Source: Elusimicrobia bacterium GWA2_66_18 (GTDB taxonomy: Bacteria > Elusimicrobiota > Elusimicrobia > UBA1565 > UBA9628). Taken from it: DNA of 64,000 nucleotides. The stretch's first letter is position 1, and each line of letters begins with the position of its first letter. The notes beneath the pieces are model-generated. The model was not told where the DNA came from, did not search any database, and worked only from the letters and a program-made list of their open reading frames with translations. The stretch covers positions 157,591-221,590 of the forward strand of contig MGTX01000004.1 in NCBI GenBank assembly GCA_001799675.1, written 5' to 3'. Below, one piece after another: positions 34,276 to 44,500 of the stretch. Made by a program: the position numbers and the translations under genes.

Positions 34276-36929
34276 GCGATCCTCTGGCGCAAGGCCTCAT
34301 GCGCCGAGTCGTAACGGCAGACGAGTTCTCCGAAGACCACCGGCGCCTCGGCCGCCTGCCCCGCGCGGCCCATCTCCTCGAGATGCAGGCAGGCCTCCGC
34401 GACCAGGCGCGCGCCGACCGCGCGGCTGGAGCCCTTGAGCTTGTGCGCGGCCTTGCGTAGGTCCTCGCAGAGTCCGCCCATCACCGCGGACTCGATGAGG
34501 CGCATGCAGGCCGGAGCCTCGTCGTCAAGGTAGGACTTGACGATGTCCTTGACCAACTCGTCGCCGCCTCCCATCTCCTTGAGATCGGCGAGGACCTTTT
34601 CGTCGATGTCTCCCGTCGGCGCGGCGAAGGCGGGCGGGGCCGCGGCGGCGACCCGGGAGGAGGCCTGCGGCACGGCGCCCGGGACCGCGACGGCGGCCCC
34701 CCCCCCGAGCGCATCGGACTTAAGCCAGCGCGTGAGAGTCGCCAAGAGCTCGTGGGGGTTGACCGGCTTGGACAGATAGCCGTCCATGCCCGCGTCCAGA
34801 CAGCGCTTGCGGTCGCGCTTGAGCGCGTTGGCCGTCAGCGCGATGATGGGAATCCGCGGTCCGGCGCCCTCCAGGCGGCGGATCTCCGCCGTGGCCGTGT
34901 AGCCGTCCATCTCGGGCATATTGCAGTCCATGAGGATCAGGTCGTAGCGGCCGTCCTTGTAACGGCGCACCGCCTCGACCCCGTCGGGAGCGACGTCGGC
35001 GCGCACCCCCATCTTCTTGAGCATGAGCAGGGCGACCTTCTCGTTGACTTTGTCGTCCTCGGCGATGAGGATCCTCGCGCGGGCCCGCACATTCGCGGGC
35101 AAGCCCTCCGGCTTGGCGGCCGGGGCCATCAGGGCGCGCAGCTTCTCCTCGAATTCATCGGGCTTCAGGGGCTTGGAGAGGACCGCGTCGATTCCGGGGA
35201 TCGCCTCGTCCGACGCGTCCTTGTTCCCGCGCAGCATGAAGATCTTGGTCCGGGCAAGGAATGGGTAGGAGCGCGTCTTGCGTATGAGCTCCACGCACTC
35301 GTGCACGGGCAGCTCGTCGTTGAGGAAGACGACGCCGAAGGGACGGCCGCGGTTGGCCGCGTCGCTGAGGGAGACCAGGGCCTGCGCGGGCCCCGCGGCA
35401 CAGTCCGTCGACATCCCGAAGGTGACCAACTGGAGGTGGAGGAGGGACTGGCGCGTCGCATGGTCGCCCACGACCAGCGCGCGCCGGTTCTCGAGCCCCG
35501 TCGCGGCCCTCTTGGCCCCGGATAGGACGGGGAAAACCGTGGAAAACCAGAACGTCGCGCCTTCACCCGGCGTGCTGCGATAACCGATCGATCCGTTCAT
35601 CGTCTCGACCATGCGCTTGGCCACCGGTAGCCCCAGTCCCGCGCCGCCGTACTTGCGCGTGGTCACCCCGGCGCCGTGAGAGAAGGGCTGGAAGAGGTGG
35701 GCCTCCGCCTCAGGGGACACGCCGGTCCCCGAGTCTGAGACCGCAAAAACGAGCGTGACGCAGTCCTCCTTCTGGGACGATTTGGAAACCTGTACGGTGA
35801 TCTCTCCGGAATCCGTGAACTTGATCGCGTTGGAAATGAGGTGCAGGAGGACCCCCAATACGAGCTGGCGGTCGCCTCGAACCATGGGCGGGCAGTCCTC
35901 GCCGATCATGTAGGCGATCTCGAGTCCCTTCTTCTGCGTCGCCGGCGCGGCCGCGCGCACGGCCGCGGACACGACCTCGCGAACGTCCAGATCGCCGGGC
36001 TCGAAGGTCAGCGTACCGGACTGTCCCTCCCAGAACGTCATGATGCTCTGCAGCGTATTGAGAAGGTTCAGGGCGGACTGGCGCGCCGTCTCGACGAAAT
36101 CGCGCTGCTTATCGTCGAGGTCCGTGTCGAGGAGAGCCTCGGACATGCCGAGGACGCCGTTGAGCGGCGTACGGAGCTCGTGGCTCATGTTGACGAGGAA
36201 CTCGGACTTAAACTGCGAGGATATCCGCACCATCTCCTCGGCGGACGCCTTCTCCACCTCTTGGCGCAACCGCGCGCGGTCCGCGTCGTGCCAATCCAGG
36301 ACGCGCCGCTGCTGCTCCGCGAAGAGCCCGGCGCCCAGGACCAGTAAAGGCAGGCTCGAGTTCGGCGGCAGCGTCAGCATCGAGGCCTGCGCGCCCAGCG
36401 CGTCGAGACCCGGCATTCCGCGCAGGGCGGCCAATCCGGCCACGATCATGCCCGTCAAGGTGAGGAACTGCGCCGCCTGGTTGCCCACGGGAAGGGCCAG
36501 CATAAGAAGGGCGCAACCGAAAAGACCGACGGACAGCGCGCCGCTGAGACCCGCTCCGCCATAGGACGCGACCCCGGCCCACGCCAGGGGGCCAGACAGA
36601 TCGCGGCCGAAAACAGCCCCCAAGGACTGCGCCCCGCACCAGGCGACGGCCAGCGAGGCTGCGGCGGCGGCCCAACGGCGCCAGCGGGAGCCCTCCGACT
36701 GGCGAAGCCAAAGGGCGCAGCCGCCGAGGGCGGCGGGCAGCACCGCGGCGCCGTCGGCGTCCGGACCAGGCAGTCCCAGGTGGCGCAGGAAACAGACCGC
36801 TCCCCACAGGACGCACCCCCCTCCCGCCAGACGCACCCACAGAGAGAGCGCGGCCCTTGCCCCAACCGGGCGGGGCGCGCGGGTCGCCGCTCCCTGGCCA
36901 GGATGACGACTGGCGATTGTCTCTCTCAT
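34272..36929 (-). CDS. Hybrid sensor histidine kinase (multi-TM sensor, HisKA, HATPase, pseudo-REC, REC, Hpt)
   Basis: Start at Met16 (TAATG overlap with the pilin stop). H-box MSHELRTPLNG, N-box LISNAIKFT, G-boxes DSGTGV and GGAGLGL. REC is LIAEDDKVN...LILMDCNMPEMDG...LSKPV and Hpt is AAHKLKGSS. Confidence 0.9.
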   Translation of the reverse strand: MRETIASRHPGQGAATRAPRPVGARAALSLWVRLAGGGCVLWGAVCFLRHLGLPGPDADGAAVLPAALGGCALWLRQSEGSRWRRWAAAAASLAVAWCGAQSLGAVFGRDLSGPLAWAGVASYGGAGLSGALSVGLFGCALLMLALPVGNQAAQFLTLTGMIVAGLAALRGMPGLDALGAQASMLTLPPNSSLPLLVLGAGLFAEQQRRVLDWHDADRARLRQEVEKASAEEMVRISSQFKSEFLVNMSHELRTPLNGVLGMSEALLDTDLDDKQRDFVETARQSALNLLNTLQSIMTFWEGQSGTLTFEPGDLDVREVVSAAVRAAAPATQKKGLEIAYMIGEDCPPMVRGDRQLVLGVLLHLISNAIKFTDSGEITVQVSKSSQKEDCVTLVFAVSDSGTGVSPEAEAHLFQPFSHGAGVTTRKYGGAGLGLPVAKRMVETMNGSIGYRSTPGEGATFWFSTVFPVLSGAKRAATGLENRRALVVGDHATRQSLLHLQLVTFGMSTDCAAGPAQALVSLSDAANRGRPFGVVFLNDELPVHECVELIRKTRSYPFLARTKIFMLRGNKDASDEAIPGIDAVLSKPLKPDEFEEKLRALMAPAAKPEGLPANVRARARILIAEDDKVNEKVALLMLKKMGVRADVAPDGVEAVRRYKDGRYDLILMDCNMPEMDGYTATAEIRRLEGAGPRIPIIALTANALKRDRKRCLDAGMDGYLSKPVNPHELLATLTRWLKSDALGGGAAVAVPGAVPQASSRVAAAAPPAFAAPTGDIDEKVLADLKEMGGGDELVKDIVKSYLDDEAPACMRLIESAVMGGLCEDLRKAAHKLKGSSRAVGARLVAEACLHLEEMGRAGQAAEAPVVFGELVCRYDSAHEALRQRIA

Positions 36930-37354
36930 TAGTAATTCGTCCAGACCGAGCCCTTCGCGTCGGTATGCGTGCAATTGACGTGTATCGCTCCGAAAGCCGT
37001 CGTATTTGGAATGTTGTTGTAAACCCAGCCCCCCGTGTCGTCGGAGTCAGCGGCATTGAGCACTGTGCTGGAATCAGAATGATAACCCGGCAACCTGGCC
37101 GGGGCGATGCGCCGCAGGTAACGCGACGACTGCGTCAGCGTGGGGAGATCGTCAGGATACTGCCCCTCCATGTCGCCGTAATATACGCTCAGCGCCTTTC
37201 GAATCGTCCCCAGGCTGCCCTTCGTATATCCTTCGGTGGATAAACGCAGGCTATCGCTGAAATGAGGAATGATGACCGCGGCCAATATCGCAATGATCGC
37301 GACGACCACCATAAGCTCGATGAGGGTAAATCCCGAATTCCTTATTTTAACCAT
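36929..37354 (-). CDS. Type IV (major) pilin / GspG-like pseudopilin
   Basis: MVKIRNSG|FTLIELMVVVAIIAILAAVIIP is a class III signal with G-1, F+1 and E+5. First gene of the operon, with AAGG 6 nt upstream of the ATG. Confidence 0.9.
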   Translation of the reverse strand: MVKIRNSGFTLIELMVVVAIIAILAAVIIPHFSDSLRLSTEGYTKGSLGTIRKALSVYYGDMEGQYPDDLPTLTQSSRYLRRIAPARLPGYHSDSSTVLNAADSDDTGGWVYNNIPNTTAFGAIHVNCTHTDAKGSVWTNY

Positions 37355-37400
37355 GTACCTTAAGTATGCTGGAAAACGAACGGAGAGCGCTATGAGAATT

Positions 37401-37480
37401 TATGGCTAAATAATATAGGCTAAAATAAACAGTAATATAGGCATATTCCTACATGCCGACCTGCATTAGAGCCTAAAGCC
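37401..37480 (-). promoter_or_regulatory. AT-rich repeat-bearing region upstream of the pilin operon
   Basis: TAATATAGGC occurs twice (37411-37420 and 37433-37442, 22 bp apart). GGCTAAA / GCCTAAA-type motifs lie at about 37404, 37418 and 37471. This is a sharply AT-rich island in a GC-rich genome, 50-120 nt upstream of the pilin ATG. Confidence 0.45.
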
Positions 37481-37556
37481 TATCTCAGAACCCCGCCGCG
37501 CGGAAGACGCGGATGAGGTCCGTCTGCGTGGTCGGCATCGCTGTCGATACTGCTCC

Positions 37557-40487
37557 TCATCTCGACGGGGATGCTGAAGCCGCCTCTTTTTTGGCCGCGG
37601 CCGCCATCGCGGTTTTCTTGGCCCCCTGCTTCTGAAGTTTTCCGAATTCAACCTGGTTGTTCTTGAAGTTCTTGACCTGCTCCGGAGAAAGACTCTTGAA
37701 CATCTCCTCTCTCAGGGGCACCCGGACTCCCTCGATCTTCAGTTCCCGGGCGATCTGCTCGTCGATGGCGAAGCTCTCGGGGCGGCCGATCGTCTTTAAA
37801 AAATCATGCGTCCTCGTCTGTAGGTCGTTCGCGCCGAGCTTGATGCCGACATTGTTCATCTCGTTGGCCAAACCCCGCACGGCGGCCTGGGCCGACTTCG
37901 AATCCTCCATATAGAAGCTGGACTTATCCGCGTATTCGCTGAGCATCGCTCCGGCGCGCATCGCAAACGCCCTTTGCTCGGGCGGAAGGTCGCTGATCAT
38001 CTTCTTATACGTCTCGACGGGGGAGGTTTCCTTGTAGCCTGAAGGGCGCGGCTTCGCGTCGAAAGGAAACTCGGTCCTCATGATGATGGTCTTCGCCGTC
38101 TGGAACTGCTCGTCGGTCCAGCCCAAACGCGCCTTGAGGCCGACGTTATTGGCGTCCATCCATTCCAAGGTCGCGGGGACCCGGGCGGGCGTGCCCGGTT
38201 TTCTCGTGGGGTCGACGTCATGCAGCCTGGCGACGTCGCCGAGGAATTTTTCCCGGCCCGGAAACCGGTCTTTTGCCAGTTGTTCCATCATTCTCCCGAC
38301 CTCCAGAGAATGCTCCGCGCTGTGGTATATGTCGGCGCCTTCGAGTTCCGGGTGCAGGTTCTTCCATTCCTCGGCGGTGAAGCTGATATCCTCCGCCGGC
38401 TGCTTTGGGCCGGCCAGGCGTTGCGTCAAGCTGGTCATGGCGCGCGCGACCTGGCTGGTCGTCACCATATCGATCGCAATCGACTTGAAGCTGAGCCCGG
38501 CCGCGCCGGGCTCTGGGGCCCGACCCGTCGGCACCAGCCCAAGGCCGAGAAGCTGGGCGCCCGCGTCGATCATGCCTCGCTCGTCTTTCTTGGCGAGCGC
38601 ATCCATGCCGACGAGGCCTTGCTGGCCGGCCATCGACAAAAGGAAGCCTTTGACGGCTTTCCCGCCGGCGTCCGCGACCACGGCCAGCCTGGTTGCTTCC
38701 GCGCCCTTGGCGAGCAAGCCGGACGCCCCGCCCAGCACCCCGAATCCAAAGCTTTGAATGGTGTAGTCGGCGGCGTATAGGACCGCGGCGCCCAGGCCGT
38801 TGGCGACCTTGCCGCCGGTCGTCGGCGAATTCACGGCCGCGTCCACGAAGCGCTTGGGAGCGCCTGCAAAGCCCTCCTGAAGGCTGCCGTCCATCAGCCG
38901 ACGGCCGAGTTCCTCGTCTGAAAGATCGAGCTTCCGATTCCTAAGAGCGACGGCTTGGGTCGGAGTCGCACTGGCGATCTCATCCTTGCGATACATCTCC
39001 AGCCATTCGCCTTTGCGCCGTTCGAATTTTTCAGGGCCTAGCTTCTCGCGCAATTCGTCGACCGCCGCCGTTCCCGCGCCGCTGAAATAATTGATGGCCT
39101 GATATTTCGAGATGACGCCGTAAACGGCGTGTTCCTCGCTTCCCGTCAGCGCGCCGACGAGCCGGCTCGTGCCGGCGGTCAGCGCGTAGCCGATGGTCTT
39201 TCCCACCCCCGCCACGACGGCGACCGCCCGGCCGGCTTCTTTAAAGCCGTGCACCTTTTCGAACAGAGAGCCCGCCTTCTGCGACGCGTAGGTCAGAACG
39301 CCGTCATCCGGCGGGCGTTTCGAGGCGACCTCCTTCATCTGCTTGCCGTCCCACTCCAGGCGCGTGTAGGCGGTCTCCTCGGCGCTGCGGAAACCCTTGT
39401 CCACGCTGTAACGGGTGACATACGCGGTCTCATAACGCTCGATCCGCATCGGTCGTCCTGTTTTTGGGTCGTCTTGCGATATCTCGACCTTCTCATGCCT
39501 GCGTCCGTCGGGCCATTCGGTGACCGTCGAGTCGATCCAATCCAACCGACCGCCTCTGAAGCCGGAGATGTAAGTCGTCGTCGCGCGGCCGTTCGATATC
39601 TGATAGACCAAAGCAGGCTGCCCATCCGCGCCGCCCGGGATGAGCCTCGGGGGGAGGCTGAAGTCTTTGCCTGCAAGAGCGGCGAGCCGGGATTGAAATC
39701 GCAGGAACTCATTTTTCCGCAGGACGCCGGCGTCCAGCAGGCCCGTGAGATCCGGCGAGAGGAGGCGGTGCCGCTCTTCCCGAGCTTTGCGCTGGAGGGC
39801 TTCCGGCAGGAAAGGCAGCTGCTCGGCCACAGCCCACCCGGCATCTTGAGCCGAAAAGCGCGCCGCCGCAACCGCGGGCTTGGTTTTCGCGGGCATGTCC
39901 AACCTGTTGAGGGCTTCGTTTTTTGATCCCCTGAGATCGTTGATGGAGACGGCCGGCTTCAGCGGCCGGGTGTCGTTCCCGGCGTCCTCACCCGAGCCGG
40001 CCGGAGGAGCGGGCCAATCGGCTGGCGCCGGCGGGCGGGCGCCGTCGAAGATGCGCGAGGCATCGTCGGTCGGCGGGCGGGCGGCGGCGCCGGCCTTCGC
40101 CATCGCCGCGTGGAGCCTGAGATATTTTTCAACCGCGGCGTCCGTTTGCGTTTCGGAAAAACCTAAGCCGGCCGCGACTCCTCTGACCTGGGCGCAGAGG
40201 GCGGGGGGCTCGGCGGCTGGAATATCCGTTAGAAGAGCGTCATAGCGGCGCGCTTTCGCCTGGAATTCGTTCCAGGCTGCATCAATCTCGGTGGTGGACT
40301 TGGAGGCTTTGATCTCCCGCTCAAGAACGGCTGAATCGACCCGCAAAAGAGTCGCCGCCGCGAAATTCTCTTTAAGAGCGTCGCAAGCCCGATTGATCTT
40401 CGCGGATAATTCGGCCCCCGGCTCGGTCGCCATGCCGGGCAGGACGATAAGAAAAACGACAAACGCCCGCAGGGCTTTTCCCAGCAT
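37557..40487 (-). CDS. Exported 976-aa hypothetical protein with a C-terminal HD-like motif
   Basis: Start at Met147 gives MLGKALRAFVVFLIVLPGMA. The central region is Gly/Ala-rich and hydrophobic. The C-terminal part has YHSAEHSLEVGRMM...LGDVARLHDVDP (an H...HD pattern). The tail is Lys/Ala-rich. Confidence 0.6.
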   Translation of the reverse strand: MLGKALRAFVVFLIVLPGMATEPGAELSAKINRACDALKENFAAATLLRVDSAVLEREIKASKSTTEIDAAWNEFQAKARRYDALLTDIPAAEPPALCAQVRGVAAGLGFSETQTDAAVEKYLRLHAAMAKAGAAARPPTDDASRIFDGARPPAPADWPAPPAGSGEDAGNDTRPLKPAVSINDLRGSKNEALNRLDMPAKTKPAVAAARFSAQDAGWAVAEQLPFLPEALQRKAREERHRLLSPDLTGLLDAGVLRKNEFLRFQSRLAALAGKDFSLPPRLIPGGADGQPALVYQISNGRATTTYISGFRGGRLDWIDSTVTEWPDGRRHEKVEISQDDPKTGRPMRIERYETAYVTRYSVDKGFRSAEETAYTRLEWDGKQMKEVASKRPPDDGVLTYASQKAGSLFEKVHGFKEAGRAVAVVAGVGKTIGYALTAGTSRLVGALTGSEEHAVYGVISKYQAINYFSGAGTAAVDELREKLGPEKFERRKGEWLEMYRKDEIASATPTQAVALRNRKLDLSDEELGRRLMDGSLQEGFAGAPKRFVDAAVNSPTTGGKVANGLGAAVLYAADYTIQSFGFGVLGGASGLLAKGAEATRLAVVADAGGKAVKGFLLSMAGQQGLVGMDALAKKDERGMIDAGAQLLGLGLVPTGRAPEPGAAGLSFKSIAIDMVTTSQVARAMTSLTQRLAGPKQPAEDISFTAEEWKNLHPELEGADIYHSAEHSLEVGRMMEQLAKDRFPGREKFLGDVARLHDVDPTRKPGTPARVPATLEWMDANNVGLKARLGWTDEQFQTAKTIIMRTEFPFDAKPRPSGYKETSPVETYKKMISDLPPEQRAFAMRAGAMLSEYADKSSFYMEDSKSAQAAVRGLANEMNNVGIKLGANDLQTRTHDFLKTIGRPESFAIDEQIARELKIEGVRVPLREEMFKSLSPEQVKNFKNNQVEFGKLQKQGAKKTAMAAAAKKEAASASPSR

Positions 40488-40549
40488 AGGGGTCGTTGAG
40501 ATGCGAAGCTCCCTCTTTTTATAACCCCGGTTCCCCTGACTGTCAAGTG

Positions 40550-41506
40550 CTAAAAGCCGGCCTTCATGGAGTACTGCATCACGTCCCCGAGCCTGCCTCC
40601 CGGCATCCACGAGAAATCCCCGTCCAAGCCGCGCCAGGACGCCCCGAAGCCGAATGAGACCCCGCCGAGCCCCCCCGCGTCCCTGCGCTCCGAGCGCCAG
40701 CCGGCGCGCGCCGCCGCGCTCAGACCGGGAGCCGCGCGCACGCGGTACTCCGAGCCGCACGAGAGGATCATCGCGTCCTGACGGGGCAGGTCCGCCTCGG
40801 CTACGGCCAGCCACTGCCCCCGCCTCCAGGACGCCGCGCCGTAGGCGACGAACGGCAGGGAGTCGGCGTAAGAGCCCAGACGCAGGCGCCCGAAGGCGTT
40901 TCGCACGCCGCCGGCCGCCGTCCAATCCCCGAACCGCCAGAGCGCGCCCAGGTCCGCGGTGAGCGCGGTCGCCCGCGCCGAGTCGAGAGAGGACTCCACC
41001 AGCTTCGCTGCGGCCCCCAGGGCCAGCTTGGCGCCCGGAACGGCGACGCCATAGGAGAGAGCGTAGGCTCGGTCGGCGGCGCCGAAGGTCCCGGCCGCCG
41101 CGTCGGTCTCCACGAGGCCCCGGCGTTCGATGCCCGACGCCGAGAGGCTGTAGACCGAGACCGCCGCCGTCCCGTAGTCCGAAACGCGGCGCGTCTTGTC
41201 CGTCCAGGCCAGCACGGGCGCCGAGAGGACGGCGTAGTCGTAGGAGAGGCCCTCGAAGCGAGCCTCGTGACCGCCCGCCGCCTCCACGCGGTCCAGCAGC
41301 CCCAGCCCGGCCGGGTTGTAGTGCGTGGCCAGGGAGTCGCCCTCCACCGCGCCGTAGGCGCCTCCCAGGGCCGACGCGCGCGCGCCCGGGGTCAGGCGCA
41401 GGAAGGCCGCCGCGGCCGTGCCCTTGCCCGAGGAAGAAGATGAGGCGGGAGCGGCGGCCAGAGCCGCCAGGACGAGGGAGAACGGCGCGATCAGGGCGCG
41501 CCTCAT
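40550..41506 (-). CDS. PorV-like outer-membrane beta-barrel protein
   Basis: ATGA overlap with the stop of the giant gene. Signal peptide MRRALIAPFSLVLAALAAAPA. The N-terminal motif AAAFLRLTPGARASALGGAYGAVEGDSLATHYNPAGLG resembles the PorV/LptO family. Alternating beta-strand pattern, C-terminal residue Phe. Confidence 0.65.
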   Translation of the reverse strand: MRRALIAPFSLVLAALAAAPASSSSSGKGTAAAAFLRLTPGARASALGGAYGAVEGDSLATHYNPAGLGLLDRVEAAGGHEARFEGLSYDYAVLSAPVLAWTDKTRRVSDYGTAAVSVYSLSASGIERRGLVETDAAAGTFGAADRAYALSYGVAVPGAKLALGAAAKLVESSLDSARATALTADLGALWRFGDWTAAGGVRNAFGRLRLGSYADSLPFVAYGAASWRRGQWLAVAEADLPRQDAMILSCGSEYRVRAAPGLSAAARAGWRSERRDAGGLGGVSFGFGASWRGLDGDFSWMPGGRLGDVMQYSMKAGF

Positions 41507-44500
41507 TTGAGCACAGCCATCTTGAAGGTCCTGCGCCGCCCGCCGACCTCGACGAGGCCGATATAGAGGCCGCTGGCCGCGTCGCGCCCGTCGTCGCCGC
41601 GCCCGTCCCAAGCCTGGTAATAGGTCTGGCCGCCGGACAGCAAGCCCAGATCCACGGTCCGCACCAAACGACCCGCCACGTCGAAGACGCGCAAGGTTCC
41701 GCCGCCGGAGACCGCCGGGGGCACGGACACCCGGATCAGCGTGCCCCGGACCGAGGCTAGGCCGCCGCCGTGCACCGTGGTCACGGTCTTGACGGAGAGG
41801 TCGAAGGGATTGGGGAAGTTGTAGGCCTCCAGGTCTGCGCCCCCGAAGGAGGAACCGCCGATGTATCCCACCGAGGCGTCGAGGAGGACGTAGGTGGAGA
41901 AGTGGTCCACATGAATGGCGACGGTGCGCTCCGCGGCGTCCACGACGGGCGGCGCCCCCGTCACGTCGGGCTGGCGCACGTAAATGCGAGCCGCCGGGTT
42001 GTACCAATACACGGCCAGCCGCCCCGCGTCGGCCACGGCGCTCGAGTAGGAGAGGGTCAGCTCCGCCGGGCGGGCTAGGCGCGTGGGCACGCCCGCCGGC
42101 AGAGCCACGTCGAAGAACGCGCCGGCGGGAGTCACTCCCGCGGGGAGCGCCCCAGCTTGGAGCGGAGCCGCGGAACGCGCGAAGTCCACCATCACGGTCG
42201 CAGACGCGTCCACGGCCAGAGCTCCGCGCGGCAGGACCACGCGCGCGGCGTCGCCCTCCAGGGACAGCGTACCGCCCATCGCGTTGGCGACGGCGCGGCG
42301 GTGCAGGCCGTCGGCGGCAAGCGAGATCGTCGCGGTCGCGTCGACGGTCAGCTCGCGCGCGGACGGGTCCGTCGAGGACCAGTCCTCGGCCGCCAGCGCC
42401 GCGCGCGCGCGTAAGACGAGGGAAGTCTCGCCGGGAACGGAGTCGTAGTAGGCGGACACCGAGCGGCGATCCGAGGACAAGGCGGCTGCGTAGAGCGGCG
42501 CCAAAGCCGTGGTCGTGCTCAGGGCCAGGGCCGGGTCGTCGTCGGAAGTCAAACGCGACCGCAGCGGCCTTGGAAACATCGCCTCCACGCGCCAGCGCGC
42601 GCCCTCGCGGCGGGCCCGGAAGGAAACCGGACCCGCCGACGGGCGCAGGACCAGGTCCAGGACTCGCGCGTCGGAGGTGCTCGTCAAGACGACGGCCGCG
42701 CCCTCGGGCGGCGTCAGGGCCCATCCCGCCGGCCCCGAAACGATCAGGCGATAGGTCCGGCCCGGGGTCAATCCCCCGAAGCGATAGCCGGTCACGGCGC
42801 GCGCGGCCGCGTCTCGCGTCAGCGCCGCATAGTAGAACTCGGATGAGTCCGGCGCGGCCGCGACGAGAGCGTTCACCTCGTCCTCGCCGGGAGCCGAGCC
42901 GTCCGGCAGGCGCAGGGTCCCGCCGAGGGCGGCGCCCTCCCCGAGAGTCACCACCCCCAGGTCGACTTCGGCGGCGTTAACGATCACGGCGCGAGCGGCC
43001 CCCGCCAGTCCCAAGGCGGAGGCGGTCAGGCGGTAGGCCCCCGTGGCGACGGCCGGAATGGCGAAGGTCCCATCCGGCTGCGTGCGGAAGATGAGGTCGG
43101 CCAGCGGGTCCTCGGCCGGGGGCAAGCCAGCCTTCTGGAGGGAGAGCGCGGCTCCCAGCCCCAGGGCCGAACGAAGAACGCTGCCGTCGGCGGAGACGAC
43201 GCGGCCCGAAACGGTCGATGCGGCCGCAAAGAGAGAAAAATCCCGGACGGCTCCGCTCGAAACGTCCACGCAGAGCGCGCGGCGAGCCTCGTAGGGCGGC
43301 AAAGGGTCTCCACCGGACAGTTCCCCGCGGGGCGCTGCGGTCAGGTCGTACCAGCGAACCGTCGGGTCAAGTCCGCGCAGAATATAGAGGCCCGAGGCAT
43401 CGCTCAAAGCCGAGCGTTCGCCCAAAGCCTGCGCCGTGCGCGCTCCGGCGTCGCGGCAGGCGCGCGCCATCACGCGCACTCCTGAGATGGGCGCCCCCGC
43501 CGCGTCCGTGACGCGGCCCGAGACGAAGGCCCCCGCAAAGAGAGGGACAACCCCTAGGTCCACGGCCTGCCCGGCGTAGAGGGATACTCCGGAAACGCGC
43601 GCCGGCGAGAGGGCAAGGCCGCCGGCGGCCAAGGCCGGAGTGTCCACCGGAACGCGGAACTCCACGTCGTAGACGCCCGCAGGCAGTCCGTCTATGACCA
43701 CCCTGCCCGAGGAGTCCAGCAACGAGCCATCCGGCGCCGGACGCAGGTCGAAGTATCCTCCCGCGCGCGCGGGTACCGCCGTCGCGCGTGCCGCAAATCC
43801 GCGCGGCAGGAGCGCCGCGTTGTCGCGCCCGATGAGTTCGTGCTCTTCGGCGCCGTCGGATTTGAGACGGGCTGCGGAAAGTCGGGCGCGAATCGTCCCC
43901 GAAGGAGCCAGAGAGAGAACCAGCCCGGAGAGGTCGGCTCCCGCGACCACGACGGGACGAGGAACCGCCGCGAAGGCCCGCGGCGCGCTCAGGTCCTCCG
44001 CGAACAGGGAGTAGCGGCCGTCGGCCGTCCCGTCGAAGGAGAAGGTCGCCGATCCTCCTGGCGGAGGGGCGATCTCGACGGAACGCACGGTCCGGCCGCC
44101 CTCGTCGACTAGGAAGACGCGGATGCGGCGGCCCGACGGAAGGTTAGGAGGCGCGCCCAGCAGCCCCGACACGCGCGAGCCGCGCGTCAGTCGCGGGGAA
44201 AGCATGACCGGAGACGTTCCCACGCTGACCAACTCCGTGTATTCGACGGCCTCCGGACCGTTGGAAGGATCGTCGTCGAGGTCCCCGGACACGCGCAGGA
44301 TGTAGAGCCCCGATCCGACTCCGGGTTGGAAGTTGAAGGATCCGTCCGGCGACACCGCCGCGACCAAGCCCAGGGAGGTCGCGGTCGCCGAGGAAGGAGC
44401 CAACACCGCGCAGGATCCCGCGCCTGCCGAGGAGCGGCGCAAGGAGATCGCGCCTTCTCGCGGATCGAAGGCGACAAGCTCAACGCGCAGGGCCGAGCGA

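Noticed and set aside
37355-37470. Sigma54 (-24/-12) promoter for the pilin gene
   Set aside because: The only GG...GC candidate on the coding strand (GGCATGTAGGAATATGC) has a spacing about 3 nt too long and lacks the TGGCAC/TTGC context.
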